Made by a program: the position numbers and the translations under genes. The notes under the pieces were generated by a model. It searched no databases. It saw only the letters and a list, made by a program, of their open reading frames with translations, and had not been told where the DNA came from. A DNA stretch of 64,000 bases from Bdellovibrio sp. (GTDB lineage: Bacteria; Bdellovibrionota; Bdellovibrionia; Bdellovibrionales; Bdellovibrionaceae): positions 512,001-576,000 of the forward strand of contig JAKFBS010000002.1 of assembly GCA_036677065.1 (NCBI GenBank). The letters run 5' to 3'. Shown here one piece after another: positions 37,868-46,570 of this stretch; position 1 is the first letter of the stretch, and each line of letters starts with the position of its first letter.

Positions 37868-38815
37868 TTGTTTCTACCGGTTAAATCTGACATCTTTTTT
37901 ACAAAAAATGATCCTGAAGATATTCGTCTTGGCGATTTAGCCCGTTCTGTGAATTTTGACGAATTAAAACCTAATGACTTCGTTATCTTTGGCTATCCTG
38001 ACGATGACGGCATTAAGCTCAATGGTGGCCGCATAGGCGCCGCCGAAGCTCCCAGATTAATTCGCCAATTTCTTTATAAAATGACTCCTTCTTACAAAAA
38101 GGCGATCGTTAAAAGCAATATTCACGATTATGGCGACCTTGCATTAACCACTGGTGACATTGCTGTTCGCCACGATATGGCTCGCAAACATTTAGTGAAA
38201 TGTTTAATGAAAGACGCCAAAGTGATTTGTATCGGTGGAGGCCATGATTATGGTTTTGCAGATGCCGCAGCTTTTGTGGATCGTTATCAATCAAGCCATA
38301 AGAAAAAACCTATTATCATTAATTTTGATGCTCATATGGATGTACGCCCTCCGAAAAATGGACCAAACAGCGGCACACCTTTTTACCGTCTTTACGATGA
38401 GCACCAAAATCGTTTTCAATTGATCGAAATCGGCATTCAAAATCAGTGTAATTCGGCTCACCATATTCGCTGGGCTAAAGAGCGCGATATTCAAATCGTG
38501 GATTTAGATTTACTGCGAACGACAGGCTGGGGCGCTGCGTGGACTCAAACTGCACTTAAAGATTTAGATCATGATCAACCGGTGTTTGTAAGCTTTGATA
38601 TCGACGCTTTAACAGCAGCTGAAGCCGGAGGCTGTAGCCAAGCCTGGGCAACGGGTTTAAAAATTGATGAGTGTTTAAATTTTCTGACTCAGCTTTATAG
38701 CAAATGTAAAGTGCGTGGCTTTGGGGTGTATGAAGTATCGCCACCACTTGATCGTGATTTTCAAACTTCGAAAACTGCGGCCCTTTTATTACATCACTTT
38801 ATTTTTAACAGCTAG
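37868..38815 (+). CDS. hutG: Formimidoylglutamase (arginase family)
   Basis: NGGRIGAAEAP, GGGHD, NFDAHMDVR, NSGTPF, SFDIDA, EVSPPLD. Confidence 0.85.
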   Translation: MFLPVKSDIFFTKNDPEDIRLGDLARSVNFDELKPNDFVIFGYPDDDGIKLNGGRIGAAEAPRLIRQFLYKMTPSYKKAIVKSNIHDYGDLALTTGDIAVRHDMARKHLVKCLMKDAKVICIGGGHDYGFADAAAFVDRYQSSHKKKPIIINFDAHMDVRPPKNGPNSGTPFYRLYDEHQNRFQLIEIGIQNQCNSAHHIRWAKERDIQIVDLDLLRTTGWGAAWTQTALKDLDHDQPVFVSFDIDALTAAEAGGCSQAWATGLKIDECLNFLTQLYSKCKVRGFGVYEVSPPLDRDFQTSKTAALLLHHFIFNS

Positions 38816-38818
38816 GAC

Positions 38819-39835
38819 ATGTCTATGCGTGGATTTGGCAGCGATAATCATTCCGGAGTTCATCCCGAAATTTTACAGGCCATCACAGCAGCTAACGTTG
38901 GCCACGCCCCTAGTTACGGCACTGATCCAATAACCGAAAAATGCCAACAGGCTTTTAAAAACTTTTTTGGCAAATCATGCGAAGCTTTCTTTGTCTTTAA
39001 CGGTACTGCGGCCAATGTTTTATCATTAAAAACTTTAATGAAAAGTTATGAATCGTGTTTTGTAACTGACATCAGCCATATGAATCTAGATGAGTGCGGC
39101 GCTCCAGAATTTTTTGCCGGAAAACTAATTCCGGTAAAATCTATTGATGGAAAATTAACAATCGCTGAGTTGGAAAAACATTTAATTCGTCTGGGCGACC
39201 AACACCACACGCAACCTCGCGTGGTAAGCCTGACTCAACCGACTGAAGTCGGTACTTTATATTCATTGGATGAAATTAAGACGATCACTGCCTGGGCTAA
39301 AAAAAATAACCTATTCGTGCATATGGATGGCGCTAGATTTACCAATGCCGTTTATAAATTAAATTGCAGCATGCAACAGCTGACTGTGGATCTAGGTGTA
39401 GATGTGCTGTCGTTTGGTGGCACTAAGAATGGTTTAATGTTCGGCGAGGCTGTTGTTATCTTAAACCCGGCATTAGCAAAAGATTTTAAATATATTCGCA
39501 AACAAGCAGCACAACTACCTTCAAAAACTCGTTTTATCGCAGCTCAGTTTCTGGCTTTTTTTAATGATGAGTTGTATCTAAAAATCGCGAAACATTCTTG
39601 TGATATGGCTCAGTATTTTTTAGAAACTTTAAATGGCAAGCTTAAAGTGAATTACCCTGTGCAAAGCAATGCTCTATTTGCTGAGATTCCTCAAGATTTA
39701 GTCAAAAAACTTAAACAGCAGTATTTTTTCTATGTTTGGGATGAAAAAACTTTTGAATGCCGTCTGATGACCAGCTGGGACACACAAAAAGAAGATATTG
39801 AGGGCTTTTGCAAAGCCCTTAACGAAGTTTTATAA
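38819..39835 (+). CDS. ltaE: Low-specificity L-threonine aldolase
   Basis: FGSDNHSG, NGTAAN, TQPTEVGTLY, HMDGARF, SFGGTKNG. Confidence 0.9.
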   Translation: MSMRGFGSDNHSGVHPEILQAITAANVGHAPSYGTDPITEKCQQAFKNFFGKSCEAFFVFNGTAANVLSLKTLMKSYESCFVTDISHMNLDECGAPEFFAGKLIPVKSIDGKLTIAELEKHLIRLGDQHHTQPRVVSLTQPTEVGTLYSLDEIKTITAWAKKNNLFVHMDGARFTNAVYKLNCSMQQLTVDLGVDVLSFGGTKNGLMFGEAVVILNPALAKDFKYIRKQAAQLPSKTRFIAAQFLAFFNDELYLKIAKHSCDMAQYFLETLNGKLKVNYPVQSNALFAEIPQDLVKKLKQQYFFYVWDEKTFECRLMTSWDTQKEDIEGFCKALNEVL

Positions 39836-40285
39836 CTGCTTCAGCGCTTGCAGAATTAAAGCCGCATGGCCTTCAGCTTTGACCTTACGGTATTCACCGA
39901 CAATTTTATTGTTTTCATCGATGATAAATGTTGAGCGCTCTACGCCCATGACTTTTTTTCCGTACATGTTTTTTTCTTTGATCACGTCGAAAAATTGACA
40001 AAGTTTTTCTTCGGTATCAGCTAACAGCTCAAATTTAAAATTACATTTCTGGATAAATTTATCGTGCGATTTTAAATTATCGCGTGAGATGCCGTAAATG
40101 ACTGTGTTTATTTTTTTGAACTCATTTAAAAATGAATTAAACTCATTACCTTGAATTGTGCACCCCGGGGTGTTGTCTTTCGGGTAAAAATACAAAACCG
40201 TCGTATGGCCTTTTAGATCTTGTAGATTAATTGATTTTCCTGATGAAGATTCGACGGTTAAATTAGGTAATGATTTTCCCAGCAT
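39830..40285 (-). CDS. bcp: Thioredoxin-dependent peroxiredoxin Bcp/PrxQ (may start at 40489 with a Lys-rich extension)
   Basis: LYFYPKDNTPGCT, GISRD, ERSTFIID. Confidence 0.9.
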   Translation of the reverse strand: MLGKSLPNLTVESSSGKSINLQDLKGHTTVLYFYPKDNTPGCTIQGNEFNSFLNEFKKINTVIYGISRDNLKSHDKFIQKCNFKFELLADTEEKLCQFFDVIKEKNMYGKKVMGVERSTFIIDENNKIVGEYRKVKAEGHAALILQALKQL

Positions 40286-40286
40286 C

Positions 40287-41348
40287 TTAACGTCCGTAAG
40301 GTTGTTGTGGAGGCTGGCTTTGGTCGTCTTGGTTTTGGACTTCGTCTTGGCTGACTTCACCTGTGCCTGAGACACTTTGCGCGTTGGCTTCGCCGCCTTC
40401 TGCTTCACCTGAGCCGGTCGCATTGAAGTATTCTGGCTCTGCGGTGTGCGGCTTGTTTTCTTCTTTAAGACTTTCTTCTTTTTGGGCATCTTTTACATCC
40501 TCTTTAGGCGCTTCTTTAGTTTCTTCGTCGGCTTTTTCTAATCCCAGAAGTTTATTTTGCATGTCAGTGAAATCATCTTTAACTTTAATTTCTTTTTCAA
40601 TGATCGAAATTTTTCCTGACATGGGCACTGTCATATTGATTTTTTTTGTTTCGATTAAATCTTTGTACTGCCCGCCTTCAATCACTAACTCATCAGCTTG
40701 GTTACGGTTAAATTCATACTTCTTAATTTTTAACTCATAAAGATTAATATCTAAACCCGTTATGCGTGGGGAAAAAACGGTATCTTTGCAATTGAACGAC
40801 TGCACCTTGTTATCTTTGATTGAAAATTGACAGACTCTTTCGGGATTAATACCCGCCGCATTACCTAAAATGACTTTCCAATTAGGGGTAAAAAAGACAA
40901 CAGTTAACTTATTTCTATTCACCACATCTTCGCTGATCTCGGCTAATTTTTTTGCGGGCTTGGTGCATTCGCTGTAAATTTCAAACTTTTTAGTTCCCGC
41001 ACGCACTGCTATTTTTTGGCAGCCAAAGCCTGGCAAAAATCCGGTTTTTGCCCCATTAAACTTATCAAATCCGTAAGCTAGCACTTCGAACTGATTAACA
41101 TCAGGAGCACTGGCTTCTAGAATAAGCTTTAACACTTCTTTTTCAAGACTTGCGATAAACTTAAGATTGCCAGTTAACATTTTCGCAAATGCGAGTTCAT
41201 CATTTAAAGTTTGTGAGGCCAGCGGCGCGACGACGGTGACAGGAGTTGCAACGACTTCTTCTTCAGTCTTCGTTGCGGGAAGGTCTTTTTTTGTGCAACT
41301 AAAGAGCAAAGCCAGCGTGATACATGTCGTTATGAATATCAGTTTCAT
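40287..41348 (-). CDS. Hypothetical lipoprotein with acidic C-terminal tail
   Basis: Lipobox LFSC; E/Q/D-rich tail. Confidence 0.75.
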   Translation of the reverse strand: MKLIFITTCITLALLFSCTKKDLPATKTEEEVVATPVTVVAPLASQTLNDELAFAKMLTGNLKFIASLEKEVLKLILEASAPDVNQFEVLAYGFDKFNGAKTGFLPGFGCQKIAVRAGTKKFEIYSECTKPAKKLAEISEDVVNRNKLTVVFFTPNWKVILGNAAGINPERVCQFSIKDNKVQSFNCKDTVFSPRITGLDINLYELKIKKYEFNRNQADELVIEGGQYKDLIETKKINMTVPMSGKISIIEKEIKVKDDFTDMQNKLLGLEKADEETKEAPKEDVKDAQKEESLKEENKPHTAEPEYFNATGSGEAEGGEANAQSVSGTGEVSQDEVQNQDDQSQPPQQPYGR

Positions 41349-41434
41349 GACCTTATTATGCTGTTTCTTGTTTTCATTTTACAAGTTTTAGTTGAAAATA
41401 ATTTAGCAAATCAGCAACACGACAAGGATGTAGA

Positions 41435-43114
41435 ATGGAAAAAATTTGGCTTAAGAAGTACCCAAAAGTTGTACCGCATGTCATCGAAACTGATGAATAT
41501 TCAAATATTTTAGAAGTATTTGATGAATCAGTGCGAAAATTTCGCAATAAAGTGGCCTTCAAAAATTTTGGAACTAGCTTAACTTTCCATGACCTGGATG
41601 TATTATCTGGACAATTTGCATCGTATTTACAAAACGATCTTGGCTTAAAAAAAGGCGATAAAATCGCTATTCAAATGCCAAACGTTTTACAATTTCCGGT
41701 AGCCCTTTTTGGAGCTATGCGCGCTGGCCTTATCATTGTAAATACAAATCCGCTTTATACCGCGACTGAAATGAAACACCAATTCAGCGATTCAGGTGCA
41801 ACGACATTAGTGATCTTGGCGCAATTTGCCCACTTGTATGAAACAATTCAGGGGCAAACCCCAATTAAAAATGTGATCGTCACCGAAGTCGGCGATCTAT
41901 TGGGTTTTCCGAAAAAACATTTAATTAATTTTGTTTTAAAGCATGTTAAAAAAATGGTGCCGGCTTATAACTTTAAACACACTACTTTTGCTGATGCTTT
42001 AGATGCAGGGGCTACAAAAACTTATATTCAACCTCTATTAGCTGCAAAAGATATCGCTTTTTTACAATACACTGGCGGCACAACTGGTGTTTCTAAAGGC
42101 GCTATCCTTACTCATGAAAATATTATCGCAAACATGTTACAAATTTGTGCGTGGATGCGTCCTAAATTAATCGAAGGTGAAGAGATTTGTTTAACACCAC
42201 TTCCGATGTATCATATTTTTTCTTTAACAGTGAATTGTCTGGCTTTTATGCGTTACGGAGCTACGAATATCTTAATCACCAATCCACGTGATATTCCTGG
42301 TTTTATTAAAACCATGAAAAAAGAAAAATTCTCGATCATGACTGGCGTTAATACTCTTTATAACGCTTTAGCAGTTCACCCTGATATTAAAACTGTTGAT
42401 TTTTCTCATATGAAAATTTCAGTCGCAGGTGCAATGGCTTTACAGGGCGCAGTCAAAGAACGTTGGAAACAAGCCACCGGCACTGATGTTATCGAAGGTT
42501 ATGGTTTAACTGAAACTTCTCCTGTGGCTTGCGTAAACCCAATTGATGGCACAGATAAAGTTGGCACCATTGGCTTACCGGTTCCAAACACAGATGTCCG
42601 CTTGATCGATGATAACGGCAAAGATGTAACGGCTACTGGAGAACCAGGCGAGTTATGCGTTAAGGGTCCACAAGTTATGCAGGGTTATTACAACCGTCCC
42701 GATGAAACAGCTAAAGTGATTAAAGATGGCTGGTTATTAACTGGTGATATCGCCGTGATGGATTCTGAAGGATTTTTTAAAATCGTCGATCGTAAAAAAG
42801 ATATGATCTTAGTCTCAGGCTTTAACGTTTACCCGAATGAAGTTGAAGATGTCATCGCGAAACACCCTAAAGTGTTAGAAGTGGCAGCGATTGGTATTCC
42901 CGATGATCATTCAGGCGAAGTGGTTAAAGTATTTGTTGTTAAAAAAGATGAGTCTTTAACAGAACAAGAAGTTATCGCTCATGCAAAACTTTCAATGACG
43001 AATTACAAAGTGCCAAAACATGTTGAATTCAGAAGTGAAATACCAAAAACCAATGTTGGTAAAGTTTTACGTCGCGCACTACGTGATGAAGAATTAGCAA
43101 AATTAAAAAAATAA
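41435..43114 (+). CDS. fadD: Long-chain-fatty-acid--CoA ligase
   Basis: FLQYTGGTTGVSKGA, EGYGLTETSP, GWLLTGDI, DRKKDMILVSGFNVYPNE, KTNVGK. Confidence 0.92.
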   Translation: MEKIWLKKYPKVVPHVIETDEYSNILEVFDESVRKFRNKVAFKNFGTSLTFHDLDVLSGQFASYLQNDLGLKKGDKIAIQMPNVLQFPVALFGAMRAGLIIVNTNPLYTATEMKHQFSDSGATTLVILAQFAHLYETIQGQTPIKNVIVTEVGDLLGFPKKHLINFVLKHVKKMVPAYNFKHTTFADALDAGATKTYIQPLLAAKDIAFLQYTGGTTGVSKGAILTHENIIANMLQICAWMRPKLIEGEEICLTPLPMYHIFSLTVNCLAFMRYGATNILITNPRDIPGFIKTMKKEKFSIMTGVNTLYNALAVHPDIKTVDFSHMKISVAGAMALQGAVKERWKQATGTDVIEGYGLTETSPVACVNPIDGTDKVGTIGLPVPNTDVRLIDDNGKDVTATGEPGELCVKGPQVMQGYYNRPDETAKVIKDGWLLTGDIAVMDSEGFFKIVDRKKDMILVSGFNVYPNEVEDVIAKHPKVLEVAAIGIPDDHSGEVVKVFVVKKDESLTEQEVIAHAKLSMTNYKVPKHVEFRSEIPKTNVGKVLRRALRDEELAKLKK

Positions 43115-43136
43115 GTTTCACAAAAGGAGATTTCAA

Positions 43137-43676
43137 ATGAAAAATTTAGTTTTAATCGCAACTCTAGTTTTAACATCAACTGCCTTTGCACAAAAAAATA
43201 AACAATCTGCGCCTCCAGCGGCAGCACAGCCTGCTTACAACGTTAGTCAAAAAGTATTTGGTGGCAACATCGGCATGAATCAAAGTGCGTTTAACTTAGG
43301 AATCATGATTGATTCTGGCACTGAGACTGGCGATCTTGGCGGGTCATTTTTCTTACAAACAGAAAAAAAAGAAAACGGTGTTGTTGTCGTAACCCAAGTG
43401 ATGACTTTTGGCGGGCATGTTAATTTAAATGTATTTGACCAAGCTGGTTGGGTTTTAGATTTACGCCCAGGCCTTAATCTTTCAATGCTTCAAGATGTTG
43501 GCGCTGGTGGTGATGACAAAACTGTATTTGGACCATCATTACGCTGGAGTGTGGCTCACCGAACTGCTAGCGGCATGGAAATCGGTATTGAACGTTTAGA
43601 AATCTGGAACTGGTTTGATGACGAAGCTCCAGGATCTGGCGCATTTACGTCTTTAGTTTTCAGAACTCGTTTCTAG
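43137..43676 (+). CDS. Small outer-membrane beta-barrel protein
   Basis: AAGGAG RBS; signal peptide ending AFA; amphipathic strands; C-terminal Phe (FRTRF). Confidence 0.7.
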   Translation: MKNLVLIATLVLTSTAFAQKNKQSAPPAAAQPAYNVSQKVFGGNIGMNQSAFNLGIMIDSGTETGDLGGSFFLQTEKKENGVVVVTQVMTFGGHVNLNVFDQAGWVLDLRPGLNLSMLQDVGAGGDDKTVFGPSLRWSVAHRTASGMEIGIERLEIWNWFDDEAPGSGAFTSLVFRTRF

Positions 43677-43701
43677 TTTTTACTAAAAATTTAGAACTTC
43701 A

Positions 43702-43734
43702 AAAAGCCACACTTTTTAACGAAGTGTGGCTTTT
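43702..43734. terminator. Bidirectional rho-independent terminator
   Basis: AAAAGCCACACTT...AAGTGTGGCTTTT between convergent genes. Confidence 0.85.
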
Positions 43735-43739
43735 ATTTT

Positions 43740-44570
43740 TTATTGAGCTAAGATTTTATCGACTTCGCGAAGAATATCTTTAAGCCGTTTCTGAAAAAAT
43801 ATTTTTTGTTCTGGTGAGCGGATCTTCCAGATTTCTAAAATAAAATTTTTAAAATCATTTTCAAATATTTCACGCTGTTGTTTATAGGTATCAGTTCGAA
43901 TACTGTTGTCACCCGAATAATACGCTAGGCTTAAATCGATCATTTTATCTTTTTGCGGATACAGCTTGATCAAATCGGCATTGAAGATTTTGCGCATCTG
44001 AATTTGCTCTGAATAAAAATTTAAATGTTCATCGAAAAATTTTTCCATTAGCTTTTCTTGGTCTTTGGATAGGTCATCCAGAAAAAACTCTGCAATCCGC
44101 GAAAAATTAGACAACTTCTTCTTTTTAAAAGCTTTCTTATCGGCCGCTTCTTCTTCTTTTTCGCTGATCTGTTCGTCTGTATATTCTTTGAAAACTTTCA
44201 TCTCAGCATCGCTGACTTCACTGATGACTTTTTCAAAACTAGGTTTAAACAACAGAATCATGTCTTTTTGAAAACTACTTGCGTCTTTACGAAGAACATC
44301 GCCTTCGGCATCGGTGATTTGATCTTTTGCTGTTAGGACTTCGATTTTATGAAGATGCTCTTTAAGTTTAACGAAGAAAACTTTTTTATTTTTGCTAAAT
44401 TCAGCTGATAAAAAATGATCGACGTCTTTACTTTTTGAGCGTGGCGAAAACTCAAAGGCATCATCAACCCGACTTTTGATTTGATTTGTACCTAGGCTAT
44501 ACCCCACCCCTACTTTTGAACATGATGCGCACAAGAGTAAAGTTAGTAAATAAAGCCCAAGTTTAATCAT
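43740..44570 (-). CDS. Helical hypothetical lipoprotein (DUF6279-like)
   Basis: Lipobox CASC; helical body with LSKDQ and RSPEQK periplasmic-repeat-like motifs; family is tentative. Confidence 0.6.
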   Translation of the reverse strand: MIKLGLYLLTLLLCASCSKVGVGYSLGTNQIKSRVDDAFEFSPRSKSKDVDHFLSAEFSKNKKVFFVKLKEHLHKIEVLTAKDQITDAEGDVLRKDASSFQKDMILLFKPSFEKVISEVSDAEMKVFKEYTDEQISEKEEEAADKKAFKKKKLSNFSRIAEFFLDDLSKDQEKLMEKFFDEHLNFYSEQIQMRKIFNADLIKLYPQKDKMIDLSLAYYSGDNSIRTDTYKQQREIFENDFKNFILEIWKIRSPEQKIFFQKRLKDILREVDKILAQ

Positions 44571-45325
44571 AAGGTGAGCTCCGGAAAACGTTTAGCTTTT
44601 TCAGCATCTACATTTGGGGCATTATAATTTTGATTATAAATACGCGCACTTTCGGCGGCATTTAGAATGTTTCCTAGATAAGTGATTGAAAAGACCACGC
44701 CGCTGACAAGAGATGCCGCATGCAAATCATGATCAGCTAATTCTAAAGTGGCTGATAAGAATAAAGCATTTAAGACAAAAGCCATAGCGCCTGACTGCCA
44801 TGATCCTGTGTAGGCTTGGCCAGCACCTGGTAAAAATGCACTCATCGTGCCAGCTAAAGCAGGTGATTTTTTCAGCGGTAGGTTTTCTTTCCATAGGTTA
44901 AAAGCATCAACACGTTTTGCTTCTACAGTGTCTTCAGTTTTGGGAAAGTAATAACTTTGATAAAGTTTAAGTTTTGGCTGGTTAAGTAAAGAAAATTTCT
45001 GCGGATAAACTTTGTGCGAAAGATGAAACATTTCATCACGTTCACCAAGTTCTGTTGCCGCCAATAAATAGCCCCACTGGGCAGCTTCAAGAGTTTCGGC
45101 GCAATCAAATTTCAGCGCCATTGAAAACTCTTGCAAGCTTAATAGATATTGTTTGCGCCCGTAAAGTTCACGGCCGCTGTCTAAAGCTAGGCTTGAAGAT
45201 TTACAGAATAAACTTTTAGATGTGTCGGCGGCAAAAAGGTTTTGTGCAAACAACCCAATCAGCAATGCTGCGATAAGATTAAAGTTCACAATTTTCTGGC
45301 GGCAGATCAACGAAGCTAATTCCAT
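44567..45325 (-). CDS. TPR-like + TM2/DUF5683-like membrane protein
   Basis: Signal peptide; helical TPR-like N-terminus; KKSPALAGTMSAFLPGAGQAYTG motif followed by hydrophobic helices; start may be ~45289. Confidence 0.65.
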   Translation of the reverse strand: MELASLICRQKIVNFNLIAALLIGLFAQNLFAADTSKSLFCKSSSLALDSGRELYGRKQYLLSLQEFSMALKFDCAETLEAAQWGYLLAATELGERDEMFHLSHKVYPQKFSLLNQPKLKLYQSYYFPKTEDTVEAKRVDAFNLWKENLPLKKSPALAGTMSAFLPGAGQAYTGSWQSGAMAFVLNALFLSATLELADHDLHAASLVSGVVFSITYLGNILNAAESARIYNQNYNAPNVDAEKAKRFPELTL

Positions 45326-45677
45326 GATTATTATTTACCATAGGTAATCCTAAATAACCAGCGTCAGGCTCGCGCAGAAAACGATCAAATGTTTTAAATA
45401 AAGATGGAATTGTGCCACAGCGTTTGGCCAGATTTTGCGAATACACGCTATCACTTGGAAAGTAATCGCAGCGAGAAAATAAACTAGGGCGTAAAACCTC
45501 TTGATACACACTGACTGTGGCACTTTCGGACTCTGTTACAACGCGACTAATTTTTTTAAATTTATAAGTTGAATCAATAGAACTGACGTTAGCTGGTTGT
45601 AAATTTACACAACCAGCTAAGGCTAGAGATAGAAATAGAAATAGAAATAGACTATTTCTTTTGAGACGTAGAAACAC
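45279..45677 (-). CDS. Lipoprotein with YidD-like (membrane protein insertion efficiency factor / haemolytic) domain
   Basis: Lipobox LAGC; YQEVLRP...RCDYFPSDSVYS...DRFLRE resembles the YidD YQ..ISP...CRF.PTCS.Y...RI.RC pattern. Confidence 0.6.
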   Translation of the reverse strand: MFLRLKRNSLFLFLFLSLALAGCVNLQPANVSSIDSTYKFKKISRVVTESESATVSVYQEVLRPSLFSRCDYFPSDSVYSQNLAKRCGTIPSLFKTFDRFLREPDAGYLGLPMVNNNHGISFVDLPPENCEL

Positions 45678-46002
45678 AGTTATATTCGTATGTTCTTTCA
45701 GCTTTGTATTTTTGGATCCATAAGAATGGAACTAATAAAAATACACCGCCAGCACATGCGCCAGCGTCAAATTCTTCACTACGAGAGAATGTATAGTACG
45801 CAGGTTCACAACCTGGTTTTTCGATACGCACAGAATTTGTAGAGCCCACGATTTTAGTATCAGTGTGAGTTGCTACGCCTGTTCCTTTAAGCTCGCCATC
45901 GATGTAGATTTTAGCTTGTGAATCAGTTGTTCTGATCATTGTTGTTGATGAGCATGATGCAAATAATGCAGCACTTAATACGATTGCGATTGTTTTTTTC
46001 AT
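45652..46002 (-). CDS. PEGA-like domain lipoprotein
   Basis: Lipobox FASC; AKIYIDGELKG...VRIEKPG; hydrophobic GGVFLLVPFLW segment. Confidence 0.7.
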   Translation of the reverse strand: MKKTIAIVLSAALFASCSSTTMIRTTDSQAKIYIDGELKGTGVATHTDTKIVGSTNSVRIEKPGCEPAYYTFSRSEEFDAGACAGGVFLLVPFLWIQKYKAERTYEYNCVSTSQKK

Positions 46003-46027
46003 TCGTGGATTCCCCTTAGTTGAAACT

Positions 46028-46059
46028 ATAAATGGGTGTTTTTTAAAACACCCATTTAT
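46028..46059 (-). terminator. Hairpin / likely terminator after the HiPIP gene
   Basis: ATAAATGGGTGTTT-TTTA-AAACACCCATTTAT. Confidence 0.65.
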
Positions 46060-46093
46060 TTAATAAAACATTTGTTATGAAAGCCAGATCTAT

Positions 46094-46474
46094 TTAAGCT
46101 TTTTTAGCCCAAGAACTGCACCAGCCTTCAGCAGTTACCATTTTGCCGCCAGTGAATGGCATCTGACAAGGAGCTGCTTTTTTACCAGCAGCGCTAGTTT
46201 CTTTGCCGGTCTCATAAAATGCACAATTTTTGCATTTTTGATCTTTAAACTGCACACCTGCACGAGCATTCATCAACGTTTTGTCTTTTAAGGCTGTGTT
46301 AAGTTCTACATAATTTACTGATTGAGCTTGGCGATCTTTCGGATCCACAAGCTGTGGGCCTGCTGCTTTAGCTGCACCACTGCCGCGACGACCTTCTGCA
46401 CGGGCAACTACTGGTAATAATGCAGCAGCTCCGATTAACATTCCCACTGATTGAAAAAATGATCTTCTATTCAT
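46094..46474 (-). CDS. High-potential iron-sulfur protein (HiPIP), Tat-exported
   Basis: GAGG RBS; MNRRSFF twin-arginine signal; CKNC...C...GWC four-Cys pattern; QAQSVNY. Confidence 0.85.
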   Translation of the reverse strand: MNRRSFFQSVGMLIGAAALLPVVARAEGRRGSGAAKAAGPQLVDPKDRQAQSVNYVELNTALKDKTLMNARAGVQFKDQKCKNCAFYETGKETSAAGKKAAPCQMPFTGGKMVTAEGWCSSWAKKA

Positions 46475-46570
46475 ATGATAAACCTCTTTAGAATTTTTGA
46501 TTAATAGATCTATCATAGCTATTTTCATTTGGTTTTCAATATCAATTTAGGGATGTAACACAAGACCGCA

